Origin: Kudoa neothunni
Taxonomy: Eukaryota; Animalia; Cnidaria
Direction: 5' to 3'
Assembly: GCA_964304625.1 (NCBI GenBank)
Contig: OZ199839.1
Coordinates: 8,728,221-8,792,220 of the forward strand
Length of the DNA: 64,000 bases
Shown here: positions 37,504 through 51,643 of the stretch, piece after piece
Layout: each line of letters starts with the position of its first letter
How positions within the stretch are numbered: the stretch's first letter is position 1
Program-made: the position numbers and the translations under genes
The notes under the pieces: generated by a model
What the model was told of the DNA's origin: nothing
What the model saw: the letters and a program-made list of their open reading frames with translations, nothing else
The model's database searches: none

Positions 37504-39310
37504 TCTCTTTTAGTCAAACTATAAACTTTAGTTTATTCCTCGTGTTTTAATCATATCACATGGAAATAATTTACCTGCCCGCAGAAATCAATTTCCAATA
37601 GTGTTCCTACTATCTATAAAATTTATGGGAAATTATACACATGATAACAATCCAGTTGGGTGGGTGTATTCCAAACAAGTGGATTACTATTACAATAAAA
37701 TCGCTCCAATGGGAAACACAACCACTACCAACTGTTGACTAATAATGAGTTGATAATAATACCTAAATCTGCTTTCTATTGTAGGCTACTAAGGATTTGA
37801 TTAGGTAGCTGAAACTTTACGGGATTATTCTAATGGGTCAATTTAACACCTAAGATATTCCTAAAAGGCCAATCTTGGGTTAGATGTGTGATTGGTTTGT
37901 TGTGATTAAAATTAACTTTTAGTACGTAGGAAGTAGTTTAAATTGAGCGTAGTCCACCTACGAACGACCTTTAATTAACTCACAATAAGCTTTTGGGGAA
38001 GATGCGCATGCTCACTTTAAAATTGAATAGAATATTCCCCCTGCGCGCTCACTACAACAATATCCTTATGATTTCGCCCACCTACTATTCCTACTTCTCT
38101 ATTAATTTAATCAATTAAATTAATTAATTCAGTCAAGTTATTTTAAATTAATTTGGTTAAGTTAATATAGTCAATCTTAGAAATATATTATAATAACATT
38201 TGACCTTGGTTTTTTAATGAATTCAAAATTGTGAATGATATTCACAAATACATATCGAGAGTTTATCACTTGTTAAGGATTTCGGGATGAACCTACAATA
38301 TTAAATATTAAGTAAGTAAGTAAGTAAGTAAGTACGATAAGTATAAGTATGATAAGTAACGGAGATCACTGATAAAAGGAAAACACTGGGATTCCACCGA
38401 ATTTATTTCAATACTACATTATTGCGTGATTCTGTTTTTCTCGATCAAAATTCTACTCGTTTTATTTATAATATTTAACAAATATATAAAATTTTGGGGG
38501 GAAATGATAATGTACTGAACTTCTAAAAGTCACTTTTTTGTATATGTTTTTATCATTTTCGCTTTTTATGATCGTTGATATTAAATCAATAAAGTATTGA
38601 GTGCAAATATTTAGGTAAAAAATGTCTATTTAATTCGTACTAATCCCTTTTCGGTGAAGACCGGATGCACGTGTAATCTGCGAATATTTGATAATTCTCT
38701 GAAAAAACACGTATTCCGATGATATATAATCAACCTCTCCATTTATAATTAATTAACATATTTTTGGCTGTAGTTTTATGGTAGAAATAGTTAGGTTTCG
38801 ATTAATTTGAGCTTTTTTGTATTTTCCAACATTATATTTTAATCCATTCCTATCATAAGTGTTAAACGGTTTAACATGTTTTATTAAAAAATTTGTTCTT
38901 AGTTTATAAATTTTTTTCGTATCTTTATTTAGTATAAGAAAGGAAGCGCTGGGCTAAAAATTATTAAATATAAATGATTCTACAAAATTATAGTTGTAAA
39001 CATCTCTCAGAAAAGAGTTTCTGATATTAAAAATTTCTAATGTACAAGCATACATCCTATTAGATTACATTTTACTGTTCCAATAACCTCTGCGACACAA
39101 ATTTTACAATTGCTAATTACTTTTGAAATTTTTTTGATAATGTTTAAAATAAACTATTCCTTTATTTCTTCATTCAAATCGTACTGGAAACTATACATAT
39201 AAAATATTTAAGTTAGGTTCTTTTTTAATTTAGATTTTAAACGAACTAATTTTAAAATCGAAAAAAAATATTTGTTTTTAGAAATAAAATAATGTAAACT
39301 ATAAATAAAT

Positions 39311-39314
39311 ATAT

Positions 39315-39368
<54 letters not shown>
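39311..39368. repeat. Interrupted (TA)n microsatellite
   Basis: Read directly from the sequence. Confidence 0.9.
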
Positions 39369-39369
<1 letters not shown>

Positions 39370-40622
39370 ACGTTATTTTTTATAGTTGGACTAACGAATA
39401 ATTGAATATGCAATAAATATCGATATTGCAAAGTTTGATATAGGGTATTTGGCTTTTTTTTTAATTTCTGTAGTCAACATTGTAAAATTTTACCTATATT
39501 TAATCTTTTAATTTAACTTATATACGAAAAATATGAAATAACATTTAGTTGATGCAATTTTGGTAAAATTCAGAGTCTTGTTGTTCAAACGTAGATACTT
39601 CAAATGTCAGCCCGACTAATCCTTTCAGTTATACATTCGAATGTCCGGCATTGTGAGAGAACATTTTTTTGGTGAAAAGTTGAAATTATTCAATATTATG
39701 AATCATCTAGATCAATCTCAAAGGCCAATAAATGACTGTAGAAAGCCATAGAATATCATGGATTCTGATATTTTGAGTTTTATTCAAATTAGGATAGATT
39801 ATTCTTCTCTGAATAGATTTTGGTCAATCAATCTGTTTAAATCAGCTCATATGTTGCTACTACACGTAAAGAGATTATAAATGAAAAGTATATCCTAATT
39901 TAAATTGAGATTACGACCGGATAATGTCAAAATAAGAAAAAAATATATTCATGAGTTTTCCATTATCAATCAGGCAGAACTTTTGCTGATGATCTTAAAA
40001 TCACCAATTTCATTTGAATAAAATATTCATTTAAAATTTTAAGACTCTTTTGTTATAAAAATTCACTTCCATCGGAAAAGCGGGAGCGTTCATGATAATA
40101 TTGTTTACGACTAGCTGGAACAATTTTATGGGGTAATAAACAGCTATAGGAGAGAAAATATTAAATCATGGCGCGGGCGCTCTTTTTTATGAACAATGTA
40201 CTCAATGAACATATGTAATAAAGAACGAATAAAATTAAAAGGAAATGAAACAATAAAAAAATTCACACGTCTGCCATTGGAAAATTGATAGACACACTTC
40301 TTGATACTTCAAAAAATCATGATCAAAAGTTCGCGAAAGGTATATGAAAAGTTCTTATACTGTAAGAACGATATTCTTCACATTCATAATTAAATAATAC
40401 AATCAGAATAAACAATTTTTTTATTAAAAAATAAAACATTTACTCTTTTAGCGCACACGAAAAAATCTATATTCGGCGGTAAAAACTCAGGCCTCGATTT
40501 TTTATACAATATCGAGACCTTATCGTGTATTTAAATGACCAATCAAAAACTATCAGGCTAATAAAAAATTTCTTTTTAATAATTTATAGATTTATTATGT
40601 GATCTTTTATCAATGCCCCAGT

Positions 40623-43600
40623 CTAATTTTTCTTTTTGAAAACCACAAATCCGATCGCACCTGCAATCATAATTCCAATAATCGCAACCACTATTATTCT
40701 AAAATATTTTTATTTCAAACGTAAATAAGTTTTCTATCCATACATGATAAAGGTTTTAGAACTAAATAATAGATTATGTAATTTTTTAACAAGTAAAAAA
40801 ACCTTGAGCTGCTTTTTGCACCTAATAATAATAATAATATTTAAAAATATTATTATGTAAATCATGTTTTACCTTGTTCAATAACAGCCTCGCCATAAAT
40901 TGAAGAATCCTTAAAGCCGTAAACAATCAAATGATAACTGTTACCATCTGCTATCCTGTTTATTGTAAACGACTTGCAATACGGAAGTGTTTTGCATCCA
41001 GTATCTCTTGACTTCATGCATTTTTTTACTATTGGCATCGATTTGGCACTTGAATTAAGTAGTTTCCACTTGCATCTTGATTTGTCATTGAGACTAGAGG
41101 GAAGTGTATTTTCAATATTGAATACTTCACCATCTCTTGTTATAGTTACAAATATTATTTTTTCCCTGTCTGTTGGGTTTCCTCTTGGAGCCGCTATTTA
41201 TTTATGTTAATATTTATATTATAAAATATCTTAATTACTGGGTAATATAGTGATTTCTTCGGGTGAAGATTTTTCCACAGCAGTGATCAACACTTTATAT
41301 TCTTCTTTTGCATCATAATCATCGAATAAAATCGAACTACATAATGGAGGCGATGCACATGTGTTTGAACTTTGAGGAGCTGCTGTAGTAGTAGTTGTTG
41401 TAGTAGTAGTAGTAGGCGTTGTAGTAGTAGTAGTAGGTGTTGTAGTAGTAGCAGTAGTAGTAGTGGTAGATGCAGGTGTTACAGCTGTATTTGTTTGAAT
41501 TTCGCCAGTTCTTGCAATATTTGACCTAATAACTGTTGATTTAAGATTAGAAAGTTGGGTGGTGCCAGTTTCCGTTTGACTAGAGTTAGGTTCGGTCTCA
41601 GTTGGTGTGTTTGGTAGAGTCTGAGGAGTTTCCGGAGCAGTTGATGGTATCTCGGGTGCCTCACACGTATACACGTTATCGAACTTGTCATTATTCTTTA
41701 TTTTGATTGTATAATAACAAATGGCTTCTGGAGTTTTTTTCGATAACTGAACATTCAACTCCAACCCTCTCTCAGTATATTTTGGTGAAATTTTCAATCT
41801 TGCCAAATCTTTTCATAAATTATATATAAATCATTTGAAAAATATACTTGTTGTGACAGTTTCATAAACATGCTCTTTATAATCTTTGTCAGCAACGACT
41901 TTAATATCATAGCGAGTGTTTGGTTCGAGATCAATGATGGTTATTGACTCGCTACACCTTCCTCTACAAGGGTTCGTCTCGGTGCATGTAGCAACGTAAA
42001 ATGTATTTTTTCCTGCTGGACTTATGTAATACTCACAGTTTGGCTCATCTTTCTTATCTTGCCCTTCTGTTCCTGCAATGGCTGTTAACGTAGTTGTTGA
42101 CTCTGTTTTAGTTGGGGCTGTTGTTATAAAGACTTTATTGCTTTCTTTTTTTTCTTTTTAAAATTTATAGCTTTAATCATTTTTTCTTATTAATTATTTA
42201 CCTGTCCTTATAAGTATTTGTTCTTTAAATTGGGGTGGATCGTTTAAACCAGATTCAATTTCTATAATATAAGGTTTTCCCTCAGCAAGTCCTTGAATCA
42301 CCACATTTGTGCAGCTGTTGTTGCAATTACTCCCTCCAGTAACTTGAGTCGCAGAGTTGCAATTTGTAATGGTGGAAGAGGATGGTTTGATTTTATCAGC
42401 CGCATAATGTTTGATGGTGCATGTACCAAACTTCGTAACTCCTTCTGCTGTAGGTTTAAAAAGTGCCACGTTCAGTGATACTCCTTGGTTTGTATACGTA
42501 GACAACAATCCAACTTCAGTCTCTGCAATTGCTATATAAATGAATTATAATATTTTATTATTTACAATATAGATACCAAATTTGTTCTGAGTAAATCCGT
42601 CTATACTAGCAGCAGCAGTTTTTGTCAGGTCGTGATTTCTGGTTTGAATTAAAACTTTGTATATTTCTTTTGGTTCAGTTACGGTAAGTTCAATGTCCTT
42701 ACACAGTGCGTAACACTTTCCATCGGTATTACCACATCTAGATTCAAATGACTGAGTATCTCCTGTATTTTTCCCATCTTTAATACTGAAGACGCATATT
42801 TCTGACGATAGCATTGAACCTGTGAATTTAATTAGCAACTTTTTAGTATCTGCTTGTTTTGTAACATAATATTGAGGTTCGTAAATAGCCATGTTTTTCT
42901 TCATATATGTATTTAGCATATGATAAAAGAAACTGGGATAATTCGTACATCTCATCTCATAATGGGGAATTAATAGATCGAATTCCAAAGCGTCAGCTGT
43001 GTTATCCACATCGCATAATGTTTCTTTTGTACCACTATTAAACTTAGCATCTTTATAAAAGATAGGACAATCAACTGGAGTACAAGTTTTTGCGGAAAGT
43101 TTTAGTTTCTTATCATTATCACCATGAGATATTTTTACTTGAGGATTTACTATTAATGCTAAAATTTTTAATCATTAATTAATTAATTCGAATTTTTATT
43201 TGATTACGTTTTGACAACCCAAACACTTTTCCCCCTTTTTTTGTGTACATCCCCTTTAACATCAGATTTAACTGCAGCAGCTTTTACGTATATGTATTTT
43301 GTTCTTGGTGAAAGGTTGTCAAAAGTCACATCGCTTTCTGGCTTGGTACATTGGATTATACATTCAGCAGTTTCGTCAGCTTCATGCCCAGTGCAACGTG
43401 CGATTTCGCCAAAAGCAGCTGCTGTGGTTGGATTTGCGAGAGTTGTCGCCTCATTAGATATCATAATACGGCAAAATTTACCAGCTGCATATTCTGTACC
43501 ACCAAGTGTACGTTTAAATTGATTTTTTTTACTAGCGTTGTCATAAACAATTTGGTAAGTTAATGTAGCCTCTGGCGCAGATGCAGCCTGAGGTGCTTGA

Positions 43601-43706
43601 TTTGCTCTTACATAAAGTAATTTAAGAAAAACTAATATAAATTAAATTAACTACAATAAAGTAAATATATACTAAGAAAGTAACGCAGCAATTGAATCTT
43701 TAACAT
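40623..43706 (-). CDS. Type I membrane surface protein with Cys-containing FN3-like domains and a Thr-rich mucin-like insert; paralog of 1477-4353
   Basis: ATG 43706 with signal peptide; phase-1 domain exons (ORFs 43464, 43009, 42508, 41806); FN3-like motifs FDNLSPRTKY, IQGLAEGKPYIIEI and IIDLEPNTRYDIKV. An 18-nt phase-2 microexon precedes the TM IIIVVAIIGIMIAGAIGFVVF and tail KKKN*. One apparent frameshift near 43210-43255. Confidence 0.75.
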
Positions 43707-46700
43707 GATTAGTAGTATTACAGTAATCAATGGTTTGAGCCGAATACATGAATACCATAATATGATCAAAACTTTTCGGATGCAAGTGAATACGAATCAA
43801 AGATATTTCAATAATTAACTCGATAATATTTATTTAACGATGAATTGGTTAATATGAGATTAATTATTAACGAACATTTATGTTCATATATTATTCGTTA
43901 AAAAATTATTTTACCCAATAATTAATTTTTATGATAATAAAATTTTATCGACAAATTGATAATATAAAATAAAATGGATTTTCATAAAAAAATTCAACTG
44001 TAATAAAAAATAATATTTTAGCCTGCATATAATAATGATACGATCATGATTACCAAGGAGATGTTCGTAAATCAGCATTGAGTTAGAAAAAATTAATAAA
44101 TTAGCCCAATTATTTATATTAAATGATCTAATTAATTGAAAATTAGTATCTGAATTATTTGGTAAATGTTAAGTCAGGGGACTTTATAATGAGCATACAT
44201 TTTAACAAAATTACCATTAGGAATCGACTATTGTAGATAATGATATAGCATAAATTTAAAAATTGACACAAATAGTTAGAAAATGCTTTCATGGCCTATA
44301 ATCTATTTTTATATATTCTATTATTTTTAAATGTCGAAAGTTCTAATATTTCTTAATAGTAGTATATAACTAACACGCCAAAGAAGTTATATAGCATAAT
44401 GGCACGTAATCCATATTTTCACAAAAACATTATATTAGATGTTTAAAATTTGTTTATTATAAATAAATAATATCCAACAAATATCAAATCGAGATCTAAA
44501 CTGTAAACTGTCCAAGTTTTTTTTTCAAAACTTCATAATTCTAAACTATATATCTTAAATTATGCATTTCATATACTAATTAAATCCACATTCTTCTCTA
44601 TTATAAATCGAATTATAACGAAAGAAATCAAATTATTTTTAATTAATATAATCTTGAGCTATTGACGTGTTTAAAAATTAATGAGTGAATAAATAATTTT
44701 GTTAAACGAAAAACTGAAAAAATTTTGCAGAGATTTTAAATTCGAATTTTACCATAAAAGAACAGATTCTGATAACTTTTTACAATATTACTAAATTTAA
44801 AAAACACATTTGATTTCTTAATTTAAGGTATTTCTAAAAATATTGGACTAATTTAAAACTGATCCTATAAAAGGGAAACTTTTATAAATATAACCGTAAA
44901 CATAGATCTATATTTCAAGATTTCATTAAGGTAACAATGTTTGTTTGCTAATAAAAGAACATACATTCACTAAAAATGCAATGAGATAAACGCTGATCAA
45001 ATGGATCAACCATGAGACCCTGCTAGAATTATCTTTGGATATTGCAAGGCGAGCCTGCAAACCTTTTTACATAGAATCGCAACTATTTAAATTGGGATTT
45101 TATTGCGAAATTCATTATTAAATCTACATAGAAAATAATTTAGGACGAAGAAAATGATTACTACGAATTTTCTTTCCAACAAATCATATAATGGCAGTTT
45201 CGGAATTTACGCAAAGAATATCGCTAAAACCATATTATGTATTAATTTAATATTCTATATATCAACACAAATTTAACCAATTTAGCTTCTTGTAATTTCT
45301 AAACAGTTTTAAAAGTCTATACTTTATACAGTCGATCACCCTGATATCAACAATAAATAAGTATGTCCCATTTTAATCTAACACTTATTTAAATTATTCT
45401 TTTTTAATAAATAAAAATATCTTAAATAATTATGTATCATCATTAATCATTTAATAATATGTTTTTACGAAATTTCGTAATCAATAGATTTAAATAATTA
45501 AGCCTCAAAGGCATTTAAAACGACGAGGTTTACCATAGAGGGGAAAAACCTAAACGATGGTTTATAATATTTATATATAGTCAAAGGTTACTCTTATGTA
45601 TATAACTCCCAATCACTTAATCTATTCTATTTTCGAGGGAATTGAATTGAGATCCAATCTCAAACGTTTGCCAGCTCAGAAGCCAGAGTAGTGCATCATT
45701 TATACGCTTTTCAAATTAACATTAAAAGACATATGTGTTTTATAATTCATAGTTCTAATTATTACTTGCTTGAAAGCTTTTAATACAAGATAACGGTTTT
45801 ATAACCCATAAAAATATTAATTTCGATAACGTATTGTCAATATATTTAAAAAATCTTAAATTTCCAAAATTATAAAAAAATTAAATTGGTTCAAAAAAAG
45901 TGGAAATGTAAAATTTGATAGATAAAATATAATAAATTTATGGAAGAATTAATTGACTGGGATATAGCCATTTCATTTATTTTATTAAACATTGAAAATG
46001 TATGCATTCAATTTTTAAAAAAAAAATATCTTTAATTTTTAGGATTCGCCTCGGGAAGATAAATATCCTGATAAATTTATTTATTCGTGGAATAGTTTTG
46101 TTAATGACACTGACTTTGAAGGATCAATTTCCGACGAAACTTCTTCCAATATTTTAAACAAAAGAGGTCCAGAAATTTTAAAAGTGATTTTATAATTTCA
46201 AAAGATTTTTATTTAACACTTTTTCCAAACTAGATGCAAAAAATATACATAAAATTTTCAAAATGCTGAAAATATCTTTAACACGGAAACTTAACGTTTA
46301 CATTTATTCAATCCTAAATCTAACCAAGTTTTCCGATTTGATAGAAAAAAGTAAATCTGTGGCGAGTTTGTGGTTTCGCAATTTCTGAAATAAAGTTATT
46401 TTTAGTTAATGATGATTTTCCCCACAGAAGTTATTAATGTTCGATGGCATTTATATAACTAATAATAAATCATCTCATTTAAGCACCTGGCCACATGCTA
46501 CGTCGGTGCAAAGACCTATATTTTTTTAATGAATAATTTAATATATTGACTCAATATTATCTTATCATCTAATATCATGGAATTCAAAATGTTATCACTC
46601 TAGGGACAGCTTTTAATTTCCTGGGCACTGTCATTCAGGGGTTAATTGGGTGAAATGTTAAATTAACTCTACGAAATTATTTAAGTATTCTAATCGGTTT

Positions 46701-47638
46701 ATTAAAATTAAGTGAAAATGCCAGAACTATGTATACTCTTTGAAGAAAACAATACCGCATGATTTAAGAAACAAAAAATATTTATTATGGGATTAAAAGT
46801 CATATTTTATTAAGATTGAGCGGTGCAGTATTTTGCATTAATTTAATAATTTATTATAAAGTAACAAAGTGTATTTTGAATTAGGAGAAAAATAGTTATT
46901 TTGCGATATGGAAATATCCCACTCTTGATAGAAAAGAATTAATCGGACAAAATACATTCAAATTTGTTAGGTTATAGGGACATCTTACCCAAAATATAAA
47001 TTCTTTTGGTTATATTTTATTATATCGTATAAATTGGAAAATGAAAAAGTTATTATCAATGCTAAAATTATTTACTTACATCGATAAACGAGGCGCATGG
47101 GTTTTTTTGTTTATATATTCTTTCAAAATATGTATTGAAATATTATATAACTTATTTATAAATTTGAAAACAAACAAAGATAATGCAATTTATTTTTAGA
47201 AGAGAATAGAAGCATAAAATGATGAAAAAAACATTTAAATACAAATATTTTTAGAATTACCAGCTTGTAGGATTCAGTAAGAACATTACTCATCAGCATT
47301 AAATTATTGCTCATATTAGATAAAAACGTTAATAATTGAACAAAAAAATGTACTAAAACTTTCTATCATTGACATTTTATGAAAACTGATTGTATAAAGT
47401 ACTTATTTATAAATTTATACAATGTACACAATCTATATTGAAATAATGAGTTGTAGCATATATAAAATCTATTACTGGATTTCTGTTATAAATCTACTAA
47501 AAATATTTTAAAAAGTATTTTTAAAATAAAGATCCAGTTTATTTTATATTATAAAATCGAAAAATTAAATTTTGAAATTGTTCAAAGAAATAGAATAAAA
47601 TAATAGCTTAAGAGCCAAAAATAATGTTTGATTTGATT

Positions 47639-49050
47639 TTAGATATTGTTTATGAGGCGACCAAGTAAATACATCACTCGATGAGTATTTATAATGTTAT
47701 TGTGAGCAATATTACCAAAGACATGAATGGAACTTTTGAATTTCTTGTTCAATTCTACCAATGGGTAGCAACTTTGTAGTTCATCCTTTGTCAGAGTTCC
47801 ATCTCCATACTGAGCCGGGTTTTTCTCGATATTTAGTAAATTATGAGTAACTGAAAGGATTCCTTTAGTAATTGTGGGTTCTCCCAACGAGAAAACACAG
47901 TCAAATGGTACTCCTATTTCGGTATTAGACCAAATTTCTGGAATGGTTAAATTTTTGAATAAATTGTAATTATTTTCGTTGGTTTTTCTTAAAAATTCGT
48001 CGATATGCTTGATAGTGTATGAAGAATCAGGTGTAATGAACAGGATCTATAATTAAATTTTAAAACAATTTTTTAAATAGATGACAATCATGAGATGAAT
48101 ACTTTGTTTTCATCAAAGTACGAATTACTCGGAAAGAGGAACTTAATGGAGGGAAAATTTGAAAGCAATTTTGATACCGAAATACCATCCCCCAAGTTCC
48201 ATTTTCCGTTAGGATCACCAAACATATACCCAAATAATGAATGGAATGAACCGGCGAAGGGCGTGCTTACACTTATCCATTTCTTGATGTATTTCTTTTT
48301 CCATAGATTTGTTTTGGTGTCCAAGAATTTACGTATAAGAGCTCCACCCATGCTGTGTGAGATAATCGTGACTTTTCTGTGAAAACCACGATATAATGTT
48401 TCAATTTCATTGTTAAGGTTGTGAAAATAATAACTCAAATATGGTTCAGCTAGGAAAATAGTTACAAAATGATGTTGACTTGAGATTATTACTTGCAATC
48501 AGTCTAAAATCATAAGGAGCTCCTCTAAGATCGTAATCTCGAGTATATCCCAATGTTTCCATATAATCAATAAACGCGTTAAAATAATTAGGCCACCAGT
48601 CTGGAGGATCAAGCGATGGATGTTCAACGCCCGAAATCTGGCCAAATTCATCAGTTTCAACCTCTACACCTTCATTATTTTCCATCATGTTTTTCTCCGG
48701 ATTATAGTTAGTTCTTGATGAGTTAAGTATTATATAAAATCAGTAATAATTACGAAAGAAAGTAAAATCGACAGGCTATTGGAATTTCTTCGCTGTTGCT
48801 GAGCCAAAGCAGTGTCTTGTTACTGATAGTTGGACAGGAAGATTGATTATTCATCTGGGGTTTGTAGGTAACGTAGAGTTTGCTTGTTAGGAATCCGGGT
48901 ACTATGATAATATATTATTAATAACTTTATTGTAAAGTTACCTAATAAAAGTGGCGAATTCAATGAGAATTTGGTTGTATTAACTTTGTTATAATTTATT
49001 GTTTGGCACAACAAGAGGGCCAATAGAAAGAGAAAAATTTGACGACTCAT
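47639..49050 (-). CDS. Secreted group XV phospholipase A2/LCAT-like enzyme, catalytic triad intact
   Basis: Signal peptide; PLLLVPGFLTSKL; LGYTRDYDLRGAPYDFR; nucleophile ISHSMGG; STPFAGS; GDGTL (Asp); AHNNII (His); four short GT-AG introns. Confidence 0.9.
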
Positions 49051-49831
49051 CAGTGGTTTATGTTTATTTGTAATATTTTCTTGTTTATCCTTAAAACCTA
49101 AACTATTTTGTATTCCACTTTACTTGGGAAATTACCCACTGATAATAATTTTTTGGGGATTTAATTATTTTAGGATTTTCGTTGTTTATATACAAAACGC
49201 CAATCTTTTTTTTGTTATGTAATCTTAGAAGTATCGTTCATTCAGAGCTTATAATAAGAGTACTAGGATAAAGTATAATAAGTTAAAGTGCAGTTCATTA
49301 CAATTAACCAATTGAAGTGTTCACTCTTTCTAATTATTTTATTTTAGTTTTTTATATAGATAAAATACATTTTTAGAAATTTTTTTAGATCAACATTAAA
49401 TAATATAATAATTCAAACCATTGATTTTTATTGTAGTTTATAAAATGGCATTTCAACCGTCATTCTATTGTTAATCTTGAAATACATAGTTTAATTTATA
49501 ATTTAACATTCCTCTTCAAATCCTTATTTATTAAGATATTGTTTAATGGTAGTGATTTATGAAAAAGTCTAATACATTATAACGTTGGACATTGATTTAT
49601 TTGTTTTAATTGAGGGTAATAGTGATATGTTTATTCAACATAGTTATTATAAAAATCGTAATAGTGAGTAAATAATTATATTATTTTAAAAAATCATTAA
49701 ATATTAAAAAAGGATTTGTAGTCAGGTGGATATATCCGATTTTAGCTATTACGGCGGATTGACAAACGGTAAAAGTATTTGCTATCATATCACACTGAGC
49801 TTACAGTAAGCTGTAATTCGTCCTTTTTGAC

Positions 49832-50815
49832 CAGGGATGGCAAATTTGTGATTTTTGTTGTGTTCGTTCACACGAACAAAAATTGTTACAATTAAAAACG
49901 AACGAAATCATAATTTTAAATTTTTTCGGCCGATCGGATCTTCGCTCTGAGGGATCAAGATATATCGTTCGTTTAAGAACGTGTTGATTTTTAGAGAAAA
50001 TTAATTGAATATTAACGAACAATATTTGTATTTAATTCCAAAAATAAATTGTATTTAAATCAATGTTTACATTTATTGACTGAATAAAGATTTAAATTGA
50101 CGCAATAGCTATGTTAGCGGCTCTGAATGAGAAACATGGTTTATAATATTCCCTTAACTATCCCCGAAGTATTTGGATGATTGCTAGACCAAGGTTGGAG
50201 GATAGTAACGTCGTTTTCAATGTTAATCGACGCGATTTTTTGATTATTTTATAACGATCATAGCATATTATTGTATCATATCCGCTATATATTTTCTAAT
50301 GCGGGCTTAAGTAAACTGCGTGAGAGAGTCCCCACAACCGATGACTTAGCTTAAACTGTTACAGAAATTTTTCAGTATCAAAGTTATGACTAAGGAGACG
50401 AACAAGCAACTTTTTTAATCGTTAAAAAGATCAATTATGATGTGAAATTAAAAAGAATCAATAACTATTTCATATTGCACCTAACTATTAATTAGATTTA
50501 TTAACTTTATTGTAGGAATAGACCAGCAGTTTCAACAAGGTCAACGAGTTCATGCGTTAACAATCATTTTTGAGGATTTTTTCGCTATTAGAAAAAACCC
50601 TCTCAGAGTTCGAGTCGCCGGTAGGTCTCGAAAAAATAACTGTTACCAACTTTCTTAGATTTCGATATTTAGAAACTTCCGATAGTCTAACGCGGGGATG
50701 GTAAGTTTGTGTTCGCTCGCAAGTGTCCAAATTTACACAAAGTGCTAACAAATAAACGAACGCGATCGAAATTACAGCTTCAGATTTTTTTGAACGAACG
50801 AAATCGCCATCCCTA
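49832..50815 (-). mobile_element. hAT deletion derivative
   Basis: TIRs CAGGGATGGC and GCCATCCCTA with GTTCGTTC/GAACGAAC subterminal repeats. The minus-strand ORF 50557-50751 encodes the hAT dimerisation motif SERVFS. Confidence 0.8.
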
Positions 50816-51643
50816 CATAAGACGCTATTTATAAGTTGTCTTTATTACGAAAACACAAAATTGTACTCTTCGGCCATAGAATTAATTTATTAATCATTTT
50901 TTTAAATTCTTAAAGCTATTAAATTTATCATTTTGTTGTAAAATTTAAAAAATCGATGAATTTAAGGGTTTAAGAGCGAAGAAACATTTTAATCCGCAAT
51001 AAATTGTGGTTGAAAAAACGTAAATTTTTATGATAACTTTTAAGTTAATTTAATTATTATATAATGTCAAATAAAATTTATTATTTTTCTCGTATTTGGT
51101 GAAAGCGAAAAATATATTATCGTAACGATGTACTTCATCACCTTAGATATTTGTGATTGCGAATTTATCAAAAAATGCATCCATGATAATATTTATAATT
51201 TTTAAATACTTTACTTTTTAAGAAGAACTGTTGTTTTTAAATAAATTGTTTCTTACACATGGTTTAAAATTCTTAGAAATATTTTTTAATGGAACGATAC
51301 TGTTTAAACATTTGAAGAATATTTATAAAATGAAATAAATAATAGAACATCAAAATTTATTCATAAAAATATGTGAGTTATGATTTTAGAAACTTTGGGG
51401 TTTTATGTTTAGTATAAATACTATTTCTAATATTTTCATCGTTATATTTCTCCTGTTAAATTATGAGTTATTCTTAACACAAATATGGTATGTAAAATCA
51501 TCACATCTATAGAATAGATGATGCTTCAAATGCTGTGCCACTCTTATAACTACAATATCAATACTAATTTAGTTAATTCACGTAAAATCAAGGAAATTAT
51601 AATGATTTAATATTCTGCTATTTTTAATTTTCAATTGTTTTAA

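Noticed and set aside
37575-38010. Separate gene upstream of GPAT
   Set aside because: Splice-like signals exist but there is no consistent frame or recognisable protein; these may be 5' UTR exons.
45630-45705. tRNA-like or SINE-head sequence on the minus strand
   Set aside because: Only a loose resemblance to A/B boxes; I could not build a cloverleaf.
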